Virus record (IMG/VR): IMGVR_UViG_3300026484_000087
Span: 124,001-188,000 of that record
DNA: 64,000 bases
Strand: one strand, 5' to 3'
Both the position numbers and the translations under genes were made by a program. Shown in pieces: positions 29,606-39,791 of the stretch. Each line of letters begins with the position of its first letter. Position 1 is the stretch's first letter. The notes below the pieces were generated by a model that saw only the letters and a list, made by a program, of their open reading frames with translations, ran no database searches and was not told where the DNA came from.

Positions 29606-30166
29606 ATGAATAACAATACTATAAATATTCTGGCTATAGATCCAGGAACAACAACTATAGGTGTTTCAATATTTACTATTAATGTAATAGATTATAGTAT
29701 CGTAGCAATAGAAACCATTTTAGTTGATACCAGTATACGTTTAGTGTCATCAGATACAGCATCAGATCTTTTATTAAGATTAGAACGATTATACCATCGT
29801 GTTGTAGAGCTTATAAATTATTATAAACCATATATAGTTAGTTTAGAGAATGGTTTTATAAATAGATTACGACCAGCAGCATATGGGCCATTATCACAAT
29901 CAATAATGGCAATAGAGTTAGCTGTTAGAAATACTAATCCATATATAAAGATTTTTAAATTTGCACCTAAAACTATAAAGAAGGTTACTACTACAGCTGG
30001 TACAGCAGGTAAAAATGATATGTTAGCTGGTATAAAGACCATACCAGAGATATCTAATAAGATCAATCCAGATCTTATAAGTGAACATGAGGTTGATAGC
30101 TTAGGTGTTAATTACACTATGCTTGAATATATAAGAGAGAACCCAATAATTCTCTTAATGATATAA
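29606..30166 (+). CDS. ruvC: RuvC-like Holliday junction resolvase
   Basis: ILAIDPG, VSLE, P..IKK and HEVDSL catalytic motifs. Confidence 0.85.
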   Translation: MNNNTINILAIDPGTTTIGVSIFTINVIDYSIVAIETILVDTSIRLVSSDTASDLLLRLERLYHRVVELINYYKPYIVSLENGFINRLRPAAYGPLSQSIMAIELAVRNTNPYIKIFKFAPKTIKKVTTTAGTAGKNDMLAGIKTIPEISNKINPDLISEHEVDSLGVNYTMLEYIRENPIILLMI

Positions 30167-30178
30167 AAGGAAAAACAA

Positions 30179-30703
30179 ATGATTAATTTAGCAATATTTA
30201 GAAATAAATATGTTTTAGCTGGAGCTATAGCTTTAGTTATTGGTTTAATTATAGCTATCGGTTATACAGTTACATCTATAAAAGATTTATTTAATCCAAA
30301 TAACGATCAACAGATCATACAAGCCTCTAAAGCTAGAAAAGTTATAACTGATCAAGTCATAGATACAAATGAAAAACTTAAAACTGCTATAGAAGATAAA
30401 ACTAAAAGTAATAAAGTTGACAATCAAGTTGTTGTTGCATATATTAAGAAAGAAACTAAATCTAATAATAAAATAAACAGTATTGTTAATGATTTAACAG
30501 TTAAACAAAGTAAAATAAAAATTAAGATTGATAAGATAAAAGATGATACTATAAGTTCTATAACTGATAGGAATGAAACGTCTGATTGTTCTTATGTTAT
30601 TGATGCCATAGAAATGCAATATGATGCAGAGACTAAATCAGCTGAAGCAAATATAGATGCTTTGTTTGGAGTATATAATGAAGTAAGTAAGGAAGTAAAA
30701 TGA
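30179..30703 (+). CDS. putative i-spanin (Rz-like)
   Basis: Single N-terminal TM helix plus coiled coil; overlaps a lipoprotein gene. Confidence 0.6.
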   Translation: MINLAIFRNKYVLAGAIALVIGLIIAIGYTVTSIKDLFNPNNDQQIIQASKARKVITDQVIDTNEKLKTAIEDKTKSNKVDNQVVVAYIKKETKSNNKINSIVNDLTVKQSKIKIKIDKIKDDTISSITDRNETSDCSYVIDAIEMQYDAETKSAEANIDALFGVYNEVSKEVK

Positions 30704-31020
30704 TTAAATATGTACTAATGGCAGTCATAGCGTTCATGTTTAGTGGTTGTTTTAGATGTCAACCAGTTATAGAAACAAAGGTAGTTTATAAAGATAAAGT
30801 TATTCTTGTAGCTCCTCCGAAAGAAGTACTTAACGATATCAGTATCCCAAGACCACCAGATAGGGAGTTATTTATTCAGTCTAGTTCCATAGATAGATTA
30901 AATATGCTTACCAATTATAGCATAGATTTGATGAAAAGACTTAACTCGTCTAATAATAGATTCAGAAGTCTTAGAGAATGGGTTGATAAACAAAAGAAAA
31001 TATATAAGGAAGATAAGTAG
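30700..31020 (+). CDS. putative o-spanin lipoprotein (Rz1-like)
   Basis: Signal peptide with lipobox FSG-C; Pro-rich; ATGA overlap with the upstream gene. Confidence 0.7.
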   Translation: MIKYVLMAVIAFMFSGCFRCQPVIETKVVYKDKVILVAPPKEVLNDISIPRPPDRELFIQSSSIDRLNMLTNYSIDLMKRLNSSNNRFRSLREWVDKQKKIYKEDK

Positions 31021-31044
31021 TTAGAGGCAATACCTCTAACTACT
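31017..31044. terminator. hairpin between convergent genes
   Basis: GTAGTTAGAGG-CAATA-CCTCTAACTAC. Confidence 0.65.
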
Positions 31045-31856
31045 TATTTGTATGCCTCTAATCTGCTCTTTATTCTGGCATATGCTATTTTGGTATCGTT
31101 GTTTGGATCTGATGTAGTGCCATTAGGTGTTATATAAACCGATTCGTCCAAAACTTTTAATAGATCGGTTAATACCGACAATAGGTTTTCTGTACCATTA
31201 TTGATGTTAAAATGTGAAGCGTTCAGTGTTACTGAGTTGCTTGCTGTCATTGTAAGATCACTAGCTTCTAAATTAAATGACTTAGTTTTCAACTTTATAT
31301 CGTTATTAAATACCATACTAAGTAATTCAGCAGCACTGTCAAACCCAATTTTATTACCTTTATCATCAAATATTTCAAATAGACCTACTTTAGTATCTAT
31401 TTTCATATCCCATGTAGTTTCTTCTCCATCATTCTTGGCAGTATGTAAGCTTACCAACTTTTCAATATTGTCAAATAGCATACTATATGAATTATCATTG
31501 GTTAATTCTTTTGCTTCATCGTCATTACTAAATCTAAAATAATGAGTACCTTTTGTATGTATCGCAGATTTATCTAATGTGCTAAATACAAAGAACCAAT
31601 AATAAACACCAGTATCTCGATGTCTAAATATAATTACCTCTTTACCAGCATTTAACGGTGGTACCTCATCATGAATATTCTCTAATAAACCCAGCCATGT
31701 AGCGTTTAGATTTTGTGGCGGTGCTTCATCTGCAGGAAAGAATATCTTTATGTCTTCGTTGTCTATTCTAATACATTTTACCGTATCGTTTCCAACAGAA
31801 GTATCTTCAGTAAGTCTGTATAATCCTATAGTCTTTAATCTAGTTAACGGTTTCAT
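31044..31856 (-). CDS. baseplate spike-like protein, paralogue without HxH tip
   Basis: Aligns by eye with 31866-32735 (A.WL, V..FR, ND.E.TT.D..I.TK.G, D.KGN). Confidence 0.6.
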   Translation of the reverse strand: MKPLTRLKTIGLYRLTEDTSVGNDTVKCIRIDNEDIKIFFPADEAPPQNLNATWLGLLENIHDEVPPLNAGKEVIIFRHRDTGVYYWFFVFSTLDKSAIHTKGTHYFRFSNDDEAKELTNDNSYSMLFDNIEKLVSLHTAKNDGEETTWDMKIDTKVGLFEIFDDKGNKIGFDSAAELLSMVFNNDIKLKTKSFNLEASDLTMTASNSVTLNASHFNINNGTENLLSVLTDLLKVLDESVYITPNGTTSDPNNDTKIAYARIKSRLEAYK

Positions 31857-31865
31857 TTATTCTCC

Positions 31866-32735
31866 TTATCCACATTTAGGTGGTGATGTATCTATTCCTA
31901 AGTTACCACAATGTACGTGAGTTTTATCAATACAGATATCGTCATGGGTAATTGTACCACCAAGATATTTAACGCTACCAATGTTATGAGTATTATCGCT
32001 ACTCGTAGTAGTCCATTTATTTGCGTTCATTGTTAGGTTTGGTGTAGTTATTGTCATTTTGTTTGTAGCATTATATTCTATGATTTTAGTATTGAATACT
32101 ATTTTATCAATTATGTTAGCAGTGAGAGTATTTATAGAACTATCAAATAATAATTCATTGCCTTTACCATCTATAATCGAAATAACGCCCTTTTTAGTAT
32201 TTATCATAATATCATATGTCGTATGTTCTCCATCGTTATCTGATGTATGTATACTTACTTCTTTATTAATTGTATCTACTTTAGTCCAATAGGTATTATC
32301 ATCATGTAGATTTTCCATGAAAACATCTGTATTACTATAATAATGTATTACCTTCTCTTTTCTTCTAAGATCAAATTCATTATACATTGTCATCCAATAA
32401 AATTCATCTTCATTGGCATATCTAAATAACATTACTTGTTCACCTTTTTTAACCATAGGTGCAGTTTTACGGTTACTGTGTCCAAGTGCTAACCATTTAG
32501 CTTTTATAGTAACGCTTTTATTTAAAACTATTACTTCGGCTTCATTATCTATATCTTCGTTAGATACAGTTATGCCTTCTACATAAGCTATATCGCCATC
32601 AACATGTGTCATGTTTTCTATTGGAAAACATTCTACAATAAAACCATCTTCCTCAATATCCTTGGCTACTATAGCCACTGAGTACATGTGAAATCTACTA
32701 ATATCATTAAGACGATTATTATTATTCATCACCAT
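31866..32735 (-). CDS. baseplate central spike (phiKZ gp164/gpV-like)
   Basis: AKWL, APMVKKGEQV, beta-rich C-terminus ending in THVH; next to SbcC. Confidence 0.7.
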   Translation of the reverse strand: MVMNNNNRLNDISRFHMYSVAIVAKDIEEDGFIVECFPIENMTHVDGDIAYVEGITVSNEDIDNEAEVIVLNKSVTIKAKWLALGHSNRKTAPMVKKGEQVMLFRYANEDEFYWMTMYNEFDLRRKEKVIHYYSNTDVFMENLHDDNTYWTKVDTINKEVSIHTSDNDGEHTTYDIMINTKKGVISIIDGKGNELLFDSSINTLTANIIDKIVFNTKIIEYNATNKMTITTPNLTMNANKWTTTSSDNTHNIGSVKYLGGTITHDDICIDKTHVHCGNLGIDTSPPKCG

Positions 32736-32795
32736 TCCTTTCTTTATCTTTAATCAGATAAATGTTATGGGTAAGAAAAAGAAATAGACTTTATC

Positions 32796-32825
32796 TTACA
32801 TATGATACCATGGTATCATATGTAA
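32796..32825. terminator. perfect 30-bp palindrome
   Basis: TTACATATGATACCA|TGGTATCATATGTAA. Confidence 0.6.
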
Positions 32826-32837
32826 ATATTATTTAAA

Positions 32838-34133
32838 TTATAATAAAAGATTAATAATATATGAGTACTCTTCCACTAAGTTATCAAAATTGTTTTCACT
32901 AATCAATATTGAACTATAAGTACTGGTACCAAAAGTGGGAAGTTTATAAGCAATATATTCGCCATCATCAATACCTATACTAAAAATACTTTCACCGAGT
33001 AAATTCATTTTGATTTTTGCTTTAACTCTAACATAATTGTTATTAGTTATACTTGGTATAATAATAGATTTAAGCATTAATAATAACTCATCTACATGAT
33101 ATAAATCACCAAAGAAACCTTTTATGTTATTAAGCGTTATAGCATGGTCTCTAGTATCAAAATCAATATCTAATGATCTAATCGATGTCTCAAACATTAA
33201 ACTTTGTAACGTTTCATTTAAGGCATATGCTATTTTACTATTTTTACTACCATCTTTTAAAGTTGAGAAGGAACCATGAAATAATGGAGCAACATCAATT
33301 ATTTCAACTATATCTTTAATATCAGTGTTTATGTTATTTAGTAAATCTAAAGTTAATGTGTTTACTATTATTGTTCCACTTAATATGCCTAAGGTATTTA
33401 GAAAATGATTTTCAAAGATCTGTCCCTCTACTAAACTACATATAGCTGTATTTAAATTATCTATTGAACCCATACTTATTTTATTCATTTCATAATCAAG
33501 TATAATGGCATTTAATAACTCAGACGTACTGTGTGATAATATGTTATTCCTAAATTTAGAATTTATTGGAATAATGCTAGAATCGTTTCTTATATCGGTA
33601 TAGTCTGCAGTAAATGTGTTTTTAGCATTTATAGCTCTTATGATATCTTCTGGTCTACATGTTTTTAATTTTGTTTCTTTATCTGAACTACTTATTATCT
33701 GATAATTCTTCATATTGCGAACATGTGTGGGTTCTTTAAAATTATCTACAGTATACTCTGCCACGCTATTTATGTATAGTAATGTTCTATCATTTATTGT
33801 GTTGTCATCAGTAAACCCTAATACTATTGTAACTATGTTAATACCATTGTGCGAATGTTCAGTTTTAATCATAAAGCTGTAACGTTCACTTTCCCAGCCA
33901 TTGTCAATGACTGCATCTCTAGTCTCTTCAGAATACCTAAGTACATCAGGGTTTATTTTACTTACGCAAAATGGTTCAACCAGTGTACCTTTATTTATAA
34001 TTGTATCTATTTTGTCTATGTTTTCATATGATATATTTCCTACTACATCCCTACTACATATGTCACTGTAACTGTTCATCTTAAAGAATTTTATTTCCTT
34101 TATTATAGGACTATTTTCTGGAATTTTAAACAT
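32838..34133 (-). CDS. divergent homologue of a phiKZ-like core protein (tentatively gp69/PicA/Imp1 family)
   Basis: 431 aa from the AAGGAG-preceded ATG 34133; I.NGW...R..FM, GFTD, YINSV, RPEDI and PTF motifs; family recalled from memory. Confidence 0.45.
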   Translation of the reverse strand: MFKIPENSPIIKEIKFFKMNSYSDICSRDVVGNISYENIDKIDTIINKGTLVEPFCVSKINPDVLRYSEETRDAVIDNGWESERYSFMIKTEHSHNGINIVTIVLGFTDDNTINDRTLLYINSVAEYTVDNFKEPTHVRNMKNYQIISSSDKETKLKTCRPEDIIRAINAKNTFTADYTDIRNDSSIIPINSKFRNNILSHSTSELLNAIILDYEMNKISMGSIDNLNTAICSLVEGQIFENHFLNTLGILSGTIIVNTLTLDLLNNINTDIKDIVEIIDVAPLFHGSFSTLKDGSKNSKIAYALNETLQSLMFETSIRSLDIDFDTRDHAITLNNIKGFFGDLYHVDELLLMLKSIIIPSITNNNYVRVKAKIKMNLLGESIFSIGIDDGEYIAYKLPTFGTSTYSSILISENNFDNLVEEYSYIINLLL

Positions 34134-34188
34134 TATGTACTCCTTATTGTTAGAGGTATCATCTAGGATACTTAACCGACATAACTTT

Positions 34189-34240
34189 GATACTGCCACG
34201 TATCTACATATATTATATATGGTTGAAAATAAGTGGAAAG
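34189..34240 (-). promoter_or_regulatory. putative early promoter plus 5' hairpin
   Basis: TTTCAACCATATATAATATATGTA-GATAC-GTGGCA-GTATC. Confidence 0.6.
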
Positions 34241-34296
34241 TTAGATGTATAATTATTAAACGCAATATAAATAATTGAATAATTAAAGGATATGAT

Positions 34297-36747
34297 ATGT
34301 ATATAGAAAATTTAACACTTAGCAGATATAAAAGATTATTTTTGGCATATATAAATAAATTGGAATATACCCCAGAAAAAAGAATAAATATAATTGTTGG
34401 TAAAAATGGATCTGGTAAGTCCTCCACTTTAAAAGAACTTACTCCGTTGCCAGCTAATTTAACTAAAGACTATGATGAAGATGGTTATAAAAAAATAACT
34501 ATAAAACATAAGGGTAGTAAATATGTGTTGACTTCTGGCATAGTAGGTAAGAATAAACATAGTTTCATGGTAGATAATGAAGAGCTTAATCCAGCTGGTA
34601 CAAGAAAAGTACAACTTATGTTAGTTAAAGAACACTTTAATTTAACACAAGATATACACGATACTCTTATAGGACTAAAGAACTTTACATCTATGTCAAC
34701 CGTAGAAAGAAAAAATTGGTTTACAAATATATCAACAGTAGACTACACTTATGCTATAGGCGTATATAATAAGATAAAGCAAAGACATAGGGATATAGTG
34801 GGAGCATTAAAGATATCTCAAACAGAATTAACCAAAGGTAGCGATAGTATTAAAACCGAAGAGGAAATAAATTCTATAAAGGGTGAAATAAAAATACTTA
34901 AAGAGATATTGGATCTGGCTATGTCTTCTAAAGAACAATTTAGATCACCAGTAGATATTGATGAAACCAAACTTATGATGCTTGTTGATATGGGTTATAA
35001 AGTATTGTCAGAACTCAATAAACCAGATCTAGATGTAGATATAGATGTTGCTATTGGATCTATTAGTAATGAAATTACTCTTTTAAAGAATGAGATAGAA
35101 AAACAAAATAAAATATTGAAAGATCTAATGTTTATGGAAGATACTAAAGATAGTTCTGATGCCAAACTTATAGATGAAACAATACTTGAGTTGCAAAAAA
35201 AGATAAGTACACTAGAAGATTCATTTATAGTGAAAATACCAAGAGATGATCTTCCTGAATTTATAAACTCTTTTAATTATAGATATCAAGACATCATAGT
35301 TATATTAAATGAAATTTCTATTAGGAATGATGCTGATTATGATATAGACCTATATAAAAAGAATTTAACAGATATTGATGTTATAAATGCAAATATAAAT
35401 ACATTTGTAAATCTTAGAGAGACTTTATTTAAAACGAAGGATTCTATGGAACATAATAGAGATCATAATGAAGTTGAATGTGTTAAGTGTGGTAATATTT
35501 GGTCTATAGGTTATGACGAAAAAGAGTATAAGATAGTTATTGATAAGATAGATAAATTAAGTGTTAAAATAGAGAAACTTAAAAAAAGACTTGATGAACT
35601 TAATGAAGTAGTAAGTACTTTTAAAGAGAAAATAACCTATACTAAACAGTTGTTATCTATTAAAGACAATGAAACTAATTTATACAATAAACAGGTTTTA
35701 GAACATGTTCTTGATAAATACAATGTTCTTACCGAAAGCAAAGCTATTATAGACTATATGTATAAAGTTAAGAATAATGTAGCAGAGCTTGAAAAGATAC
35801 CTATTTATGTAAAAGAATATGAAATGCATCTTAAAGATAAAGAGATATTAGAAGTAAAACGTAAAATGGAGGTTGAATACTTCAATACTAATAAGGATAA
35901 CATAGAAGAAGAGTTAAGTAACAACAAGGTCAGATTAAAAGAACTTGATAATAAGTTAAACTCTGTTAAATCCTATAAATCCAATTTATCTATACTTACA
36001 AAGATATCTGATACTCTTATAGATAGTATTAAGAAATTGAACTCTAATAAACAAGTAGAGATATCTATGGCCAGAAATAATAGTCTTAACGAATCCATTA
36101 AAGTTATAAATCTTGAGATAAGTAAATTAGAATCTATAATATCAGATTCTTTATATAACTCTAAACTTATAGAGAATAACAAAGAGAAAGTTATAGAGTT
36201 GGATAAAAGAAAGAAAGCCACCGCTTTATTATTGGAAGTAATGTCTCCTAATAACGGTTTAATAGCTAAATCGATAACACAATTTCTTGATATGTTCATA
36301 AACGATATGAATTCTATAATAAATAAGGTATGGAATTATAGTATAGATGTTCTTCCTTGTAAGATAGATGATGGAGTTGATTTAGATTATAAGTTTGAGG
36401 TTAGGGTAGATGGTAGAAACGTTATGGAGGATGTTAGTAAGACTAGTTCATCTATGAAGGAGATAATTAATTTAGCTTTTAAAATAGTGAGTATGAAATA
36501 TCTTAATATGGAAGATTATCCATTATACTTAGATGAGTATGCTGCATCATTTGACGCACATCATGCTATAAAAGCATATGACGGTATAGAGACGTTAGCT
36601 TCATCCAGCTTTAATCAAATTTTCATGATATCGCATTATGAAAGTACATACACCAGGTTCAGTGATTGTGATATATCTGTATTAGATGCAGAGAATATAT
36701 TGCTTAATGGAGATATGGAAATAAATAGAGTATTAAAACTTAGTTAG
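34297..36747 (+). CDS. sbcC: SbcC/Rad50-like ATPase
   Basis: Walker A GKNGSGKS, coiled coils, CVKC zinc hook, SSSMK signature, LYLDE Walker B, ISH motif. Confidence 0.9.
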   Translation: MYIENLTLSRYKRLFLAYINKLEYTPEKRINIIVGKNGSGKSSTLKELTPLPANLTKDYDEDGYKKITIKHKGSKYVLTSGIVGKNKHSFMVDNEELNPAGTRKVQLMLVKEHFNLTQDIHDTLIGLKNFTSMSTVERKNWFTNISTVDYTYAIGVYNKIKQRHRDIVGALKISQTELTKGSDSIKTEEEINSIKGEIKILKEILDLAMSSKEQFRSPVDIDETKLMMLVDMGYKVLSELNKPDLDVDIDVAIGSISNEITLLKNEIEKQNKILKDLMFMEDTKDSSDAKLIDETILELQKKISTLEDSFIVKIPRDDLPEFINSFNYRYQDIIVILNEISIRNDADYDIDLYKKNLTDIDVINANINTFVNLRETLFKTKDSMEHNRDHNEVECVKCGNIWSIGYDEKEYKIVIDKIDKLSVKIEKLKKRLDELNEVVSTFKEKITYTKQLLSIKDNETNLYNKQVLEHVLDKYNVLTESKAIIDYMYKVKNNVAELEKIPIYVKEYEMHLKDKEILEVKRKMEVEYFNTNKDNIEEELSNNKVRLKELDNKLNSVKSYKSNLSILTKISDTLIDSIKKLNSNKQVEISMARNNSLNESIKVINLEISKLESIISDSLYNSKLIENNKEKVIELDKRKKATALLLEVMSPNNGLIAKSITQFLDMFINDMNSIINKVWNYSIDVLPCKIDDGVDLDYKFEVRVDGRNVMEDVSKTSSSMKEIINLAFKIVSMKYLNMEDYPLYLDEYAASFDAHHAIKAYDGIETLASSSFNQIFMISHYESTYTRFSDCDISVLDAENILLNGDMEINRVLKLS

Positions 36748-36770
36748 TATAACCATATGGTTATACTAAC
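36743..36770. terminator. perfect 28-bp palindrome between convergent genes
   Basis: GTTAGTATAACCAT|ATGGTTATACTAAC. Confidence 0.65.
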
Positions 36771-37380
36771 AGTTACATTTTATTTTTTTTATATAAGATT
36801 CTAGGTTTCTTATATGGGTATCTTTTTTATCTAATAGCGTTAATGTTTCTTGGTATCTAGTTCTAAAACTTTTCTTAACAGATGATTTGTTCTCTCTAAG
36901 TAATTCCATTTGCTTACTTGTAGTATCATCTAACAATACTTTAGCAGAGGTAGGGATCTCTTTTAAGGCAGCTTCTACTCCGAGATTGTCGTATATAACA
37001 TTAATCAAATCATCTTTCAACGTTGTAAGATCTAAATCCAATGGTAATAAGCCTAATGAAATAGCCAGCATCCTTTCTTGATGTTGTTTACCAACTATAA
37101 CAGGTATACTTAATATTTTATTAGCTGGTACATAAAGATATTCGTTACCAGTACTTAATAGAACTACTATAGGTACTTTATTTTCAAGATCTCTTGCTAG
37201 GTCTTCTTCAGTAAGACCTACTGGTTTATAGATATTGTCAAGAGGTTTATCTGTAGCAAGTTCATCTAGACTACGTATAGCTGTAACAAGGTATTCTTCT
37301 AAACTACTTAATACATTATCAAATGGGGCTGCTAACACAAACTTACCTTTTGAATTTATTGGTGGTACTGTATATTCCAT
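36766..37380 (-). CDS. hypothetical phage protein
   Basis: 204-aa ORF, AAGGA RBS. Confidence 0.7.
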   Translation of the reverse strand: MEYTVPPINSKGKFVLAAPFDNVLSSLEEYLVTAIRSLDELATDKPLDNIYKPVGLTEEDLARDLENKVPIVVLLSTGNEYLYVPANKILSIPVIVGKQHQERMLAISLGLLPLDLDLTTLKDDLINVIYDNLGVEAALKEIPTSAKVLLDDTTSKQMELLRENKSSVKKSFRTRYQETLTLLDKKDTHIRNLESYIKKIKCNC

Positions 37381-37450
37381 TATTATTCCTTTATTTATTT
37401 AATCAATAAAATGTTATGGGTAATAATTGAAAAAAAAAATAAACATGATA

Positions 37451-37735
37451 TTAGATATCATGCTCATCCAGATCAACTGACAGTCTGATCTTATTTGGTG
37501 TCATAGACACAACTTTAATGTTGAATTTTGTGTAGATATTAACAAGATCATTGAAATTATCAATAATATCAGTATAACAAAATCCACCACATACTAGTTC
37601 ATCGAACTCTCCAGAGCTTGAAGCTATTGGAAATGTTCTTTCCAACAACTCTTTATGTACTGTATCAAATCTTACGATAACTACCATAGTTCTTGGATCT
37701 ATATTTTCTAGTTGTTCTTCAGTTAGTTTTTTCAT
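37451..37735 (-). CDS. hypothetical protein
   Basis: 94-aa ORF, GGAG RBS. Confidence 0.65.
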   Translation of the reverse strand: MKKLTEEQLENIDPRTMVVIVRFDTVHKELLERTFPIASSSGEFDELVCGGFCYTDIIDNFNDLVNIYTKFNIKVVSMTPNKIRLSVDLDEHDI

Positions 37736-38117
37736 TGTCTTCTCCTATTTCCTTAATATAGTCTTTGAATCTATTTAGCTCATTAAGACTCATATTACAT
37801 TCGAACTCTTCAGTCCATTCTAATGTACAAAGCTCAGCGATGCTTTTACCAGCATCTTTATAATCCTGAACAGTTCCAGGACTAACTTGATCTTTTAATA
37901 CATCAACCACTATTTTGTTATTATCATTGTATTCAACAACAACTCTAACTGTTCCTACGTATATAAGATCTACTTCTCTTTTATTGTCTTGTCTTATTCT
38001 ACTAGCGAAAGCCATACTATCTTTTGGATAGTTTCCTCTATTGTCAAAGTTTCTTGTTAGAGGACTAACCCCAGTAGTAGTAAAATTATTAGAAAAGTTT
38101 TGTGGATTAAATGACAT
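37719..38117 (-). CDS. hypothetical protein
   Basis: 132-aa ORF, AAGGAG RBS. Confidence 0.7.
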   Translation of the reverse strand: MSFNPQNFSNNFTTTGVSPLTRNFDNRGNYPKDSMAFASRIRQDNKREVDLIYVGTVRVVVEYNDNNKIVVDVLKDQVSPGTVQDYKDAGKSIAELCTLEWTEEFECNMSLNELNRFKDYIKEIGEDNEKTN

Positions 38118-38221
38118 AATGTCTCCTTCCGTAATAGACCATTGATTATAGGTTCTAACTTTTGTTAGATTATTTTAAATTACCCATAATAAAAGAATCA
38201 TTAGCTATTTGATTCTTCCCC

Positions 38222-38263
38222 TATTACTACTTTTATTATATATGGTTGAAATATATTCGAAAC
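38222..38263 (-). promoter_or_regulatory. putative early promoter
   Basis: TTTCAACCATATATAATA core shared with copies at ~34211 and ~41746. Confidence 0.55.
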
Positions 38264-38322
38264 TCAATTTTAACAGTTTTTATAGACTAAGTAATTTTAT
38301 GATAAAATATAAGGAAATTAAT

Positions 38323-39762
38323 ATGTTAGATAATGAAAAACAATATGCTGCTTGTGTGTATACTGATGGTAGTGCTAATAATATGTTGAAGATATGGGGA
38401 TGGGGTTCTCACGGTTATATATATGACATTAATGAAAAGCCTAAGGTTACTAAAAATAAGCCAGTTAATATGGTAGTTACTGACATAGGATATTTAGAAC
38501 CAGGAGAGTTGAAGATCAAACCAAATGAATTAGTTAATCCAGTAGTTTATTTAGATTGGTATGGATCTTACCGTAGAGCTGGTACAAATAATGTTGGAGA
38601 ATTATTAGCTATAATAGAAACAGTAAAAAAATTACTAGAACATAATGTTACTAAGATAACTTTATTCTCAGATTCTACATATGCTATTGGTGTATTTAAA
38701 TCTAGCAAAACTAAAACAAAAGAATCTATAATTAAAAACGTAGAAGCTAATCAGGACTTATGGTTACTTGCTAAAGATATAAATGATACTGTAGAAAAAA
38801 GTAATATAGAGTTAACTATAGAAAAGATAAAAGCACATAATGGACATCTTGGTAATCATACGGCAGATGATATGGCTATGCTTGGTAGATACAATTCTAC
38901 TAAAATAATGAATGATGAAGAGATTGATTTTACATTAAGGGAACCACAAGGTTATTGGAAGCCTAAAAATGAAAGACATCCTTTCTTAACAGCTAAACAA
39001 ATATTCTTTACCAATAACGATAAGAATCCAAATGAGTATTCTTTATTAGGTTATAAGGAAGAAAACGAGATAGGTAAAAAAATGCATATAGCCAACTTTG
39101 GTTTAGTTGTTTTAAAAGATAAAGATGAGACTATAGACCTTATTAAGAATACATATAATGAGTTACTGGGAGAACACTCAGTAGTGTCTACTGTTAGAAT
39201 GGATCTTTTATTTAAACCAGATAACTTTAAATATGTAGAAAGATATGGTAAGAAATGTTTAATGCCTTTAAATAAAAATAGAAGGGGTATAAGTATACTA
39301 GAAAAAGAAATAGTGGCTAACTCTATAAATCCTCCAGCGTTAGCTTATACAGCCTTAAATAACCTAGACAACCTAAGAGTTGTATTAAATGATTTTAACG
39401 CTCTGAAGGCAGATAAAGGCTATATAACAGGCAAAGAATTTATTGACATTACAGATATGTATTATACTACTAATGATAAAGGTAAAAATGTATTTAGACA
39501 GGAATTAGGTAATGATATTAAAAGTTTAAAATATGTCTATGAAGTAGATGATAAAAAAGCAGATCTTATAATTCAATTTGGTAAAGACATACTTGCTAGA
39601 AATCCTATGAAGAAACTAGAAAAATTAGAACCTAAAGTATATTTAGTTATAGTAAATAGTAACAATGTAAAGTTGGACTATTATACCATAGTTGATATAG
39701 AAAGTACAGGCGATCAATCTGTATGGAGTAATTTTTATGCAAAGACAGTTTTTATAAAGTAA
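38323..39762 (+). CDS. rnhA: RNase HI with C-terminal extension (phiKZ gp155-like)
   Basis: YTDGS, TNNVGEL, SDS.Y and KAHNGH.GN..AD motifs; AAGGA RBS favours ATG 38323. Confidence 0.9.
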   Translation: MLDNEKQYAACVYTDGSANNMLKIWGWGSHGYIYDINEKPKVTKNKPVNMVVTDIGYLEPGELKIKPNELVNPVVYLDWYGSYRRAGTNNVGELLAIIETVKKLLEHNVTKITLFSDSTYAIGVFKSSKTKTKESIIKNVEANQDLWLLAKDINDTVEKSNIELTIEKIKAHNGHLGNHTADDMAMLGRYNSTKIMNDEEIDFTLREPQGYWKPKNERHPFLTAKQIFFTNNDKNPNEYSLLGYKEENEIGKKMHIANFGLVVLKDKDETIDLIKNTYNELLGEHSVVSTVRMDLLFKPDNFKYVERYGKKCLMPLNKNRRGISILEKEIVANSINPPALAYTALNNLDNLRVVLNDFNALKADKGYITGKEFIDITDMYYTTNDKGKNVFRQELGNDIKSLKYVYEVDDKKADLIIQFGKDILARNPMKKLEKLEPKVYLVIVNSNNVKLDYYTIVDIESTGDQSVWSNFYAKTVFIK

Positions 39763-39791
39763 GAGTAGTATAGCATATGCTATACTACTCT
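39762..39791. terminator. perfect 30-bp palindrome between convergent genes
   Basis: AGAGTAGTATAGCAT|ATGCTATACTACTCT. Confidence 0.65.

Noticed and set aside
32838-34427. Calling this ORF chimallin, and using the 529-aa start
   Set aside because: The motifs do not match ChmA as I recall it. The extra N-terminus overlaps sbcC and the promoter, and the RBS supports ATG 34133
38209-38322. Hydrophobic N-terminal extension on RNase H
   Set aside because: The TTG start has no RBS and crosses a divergent promoter; ATG 38323 has a good RBS
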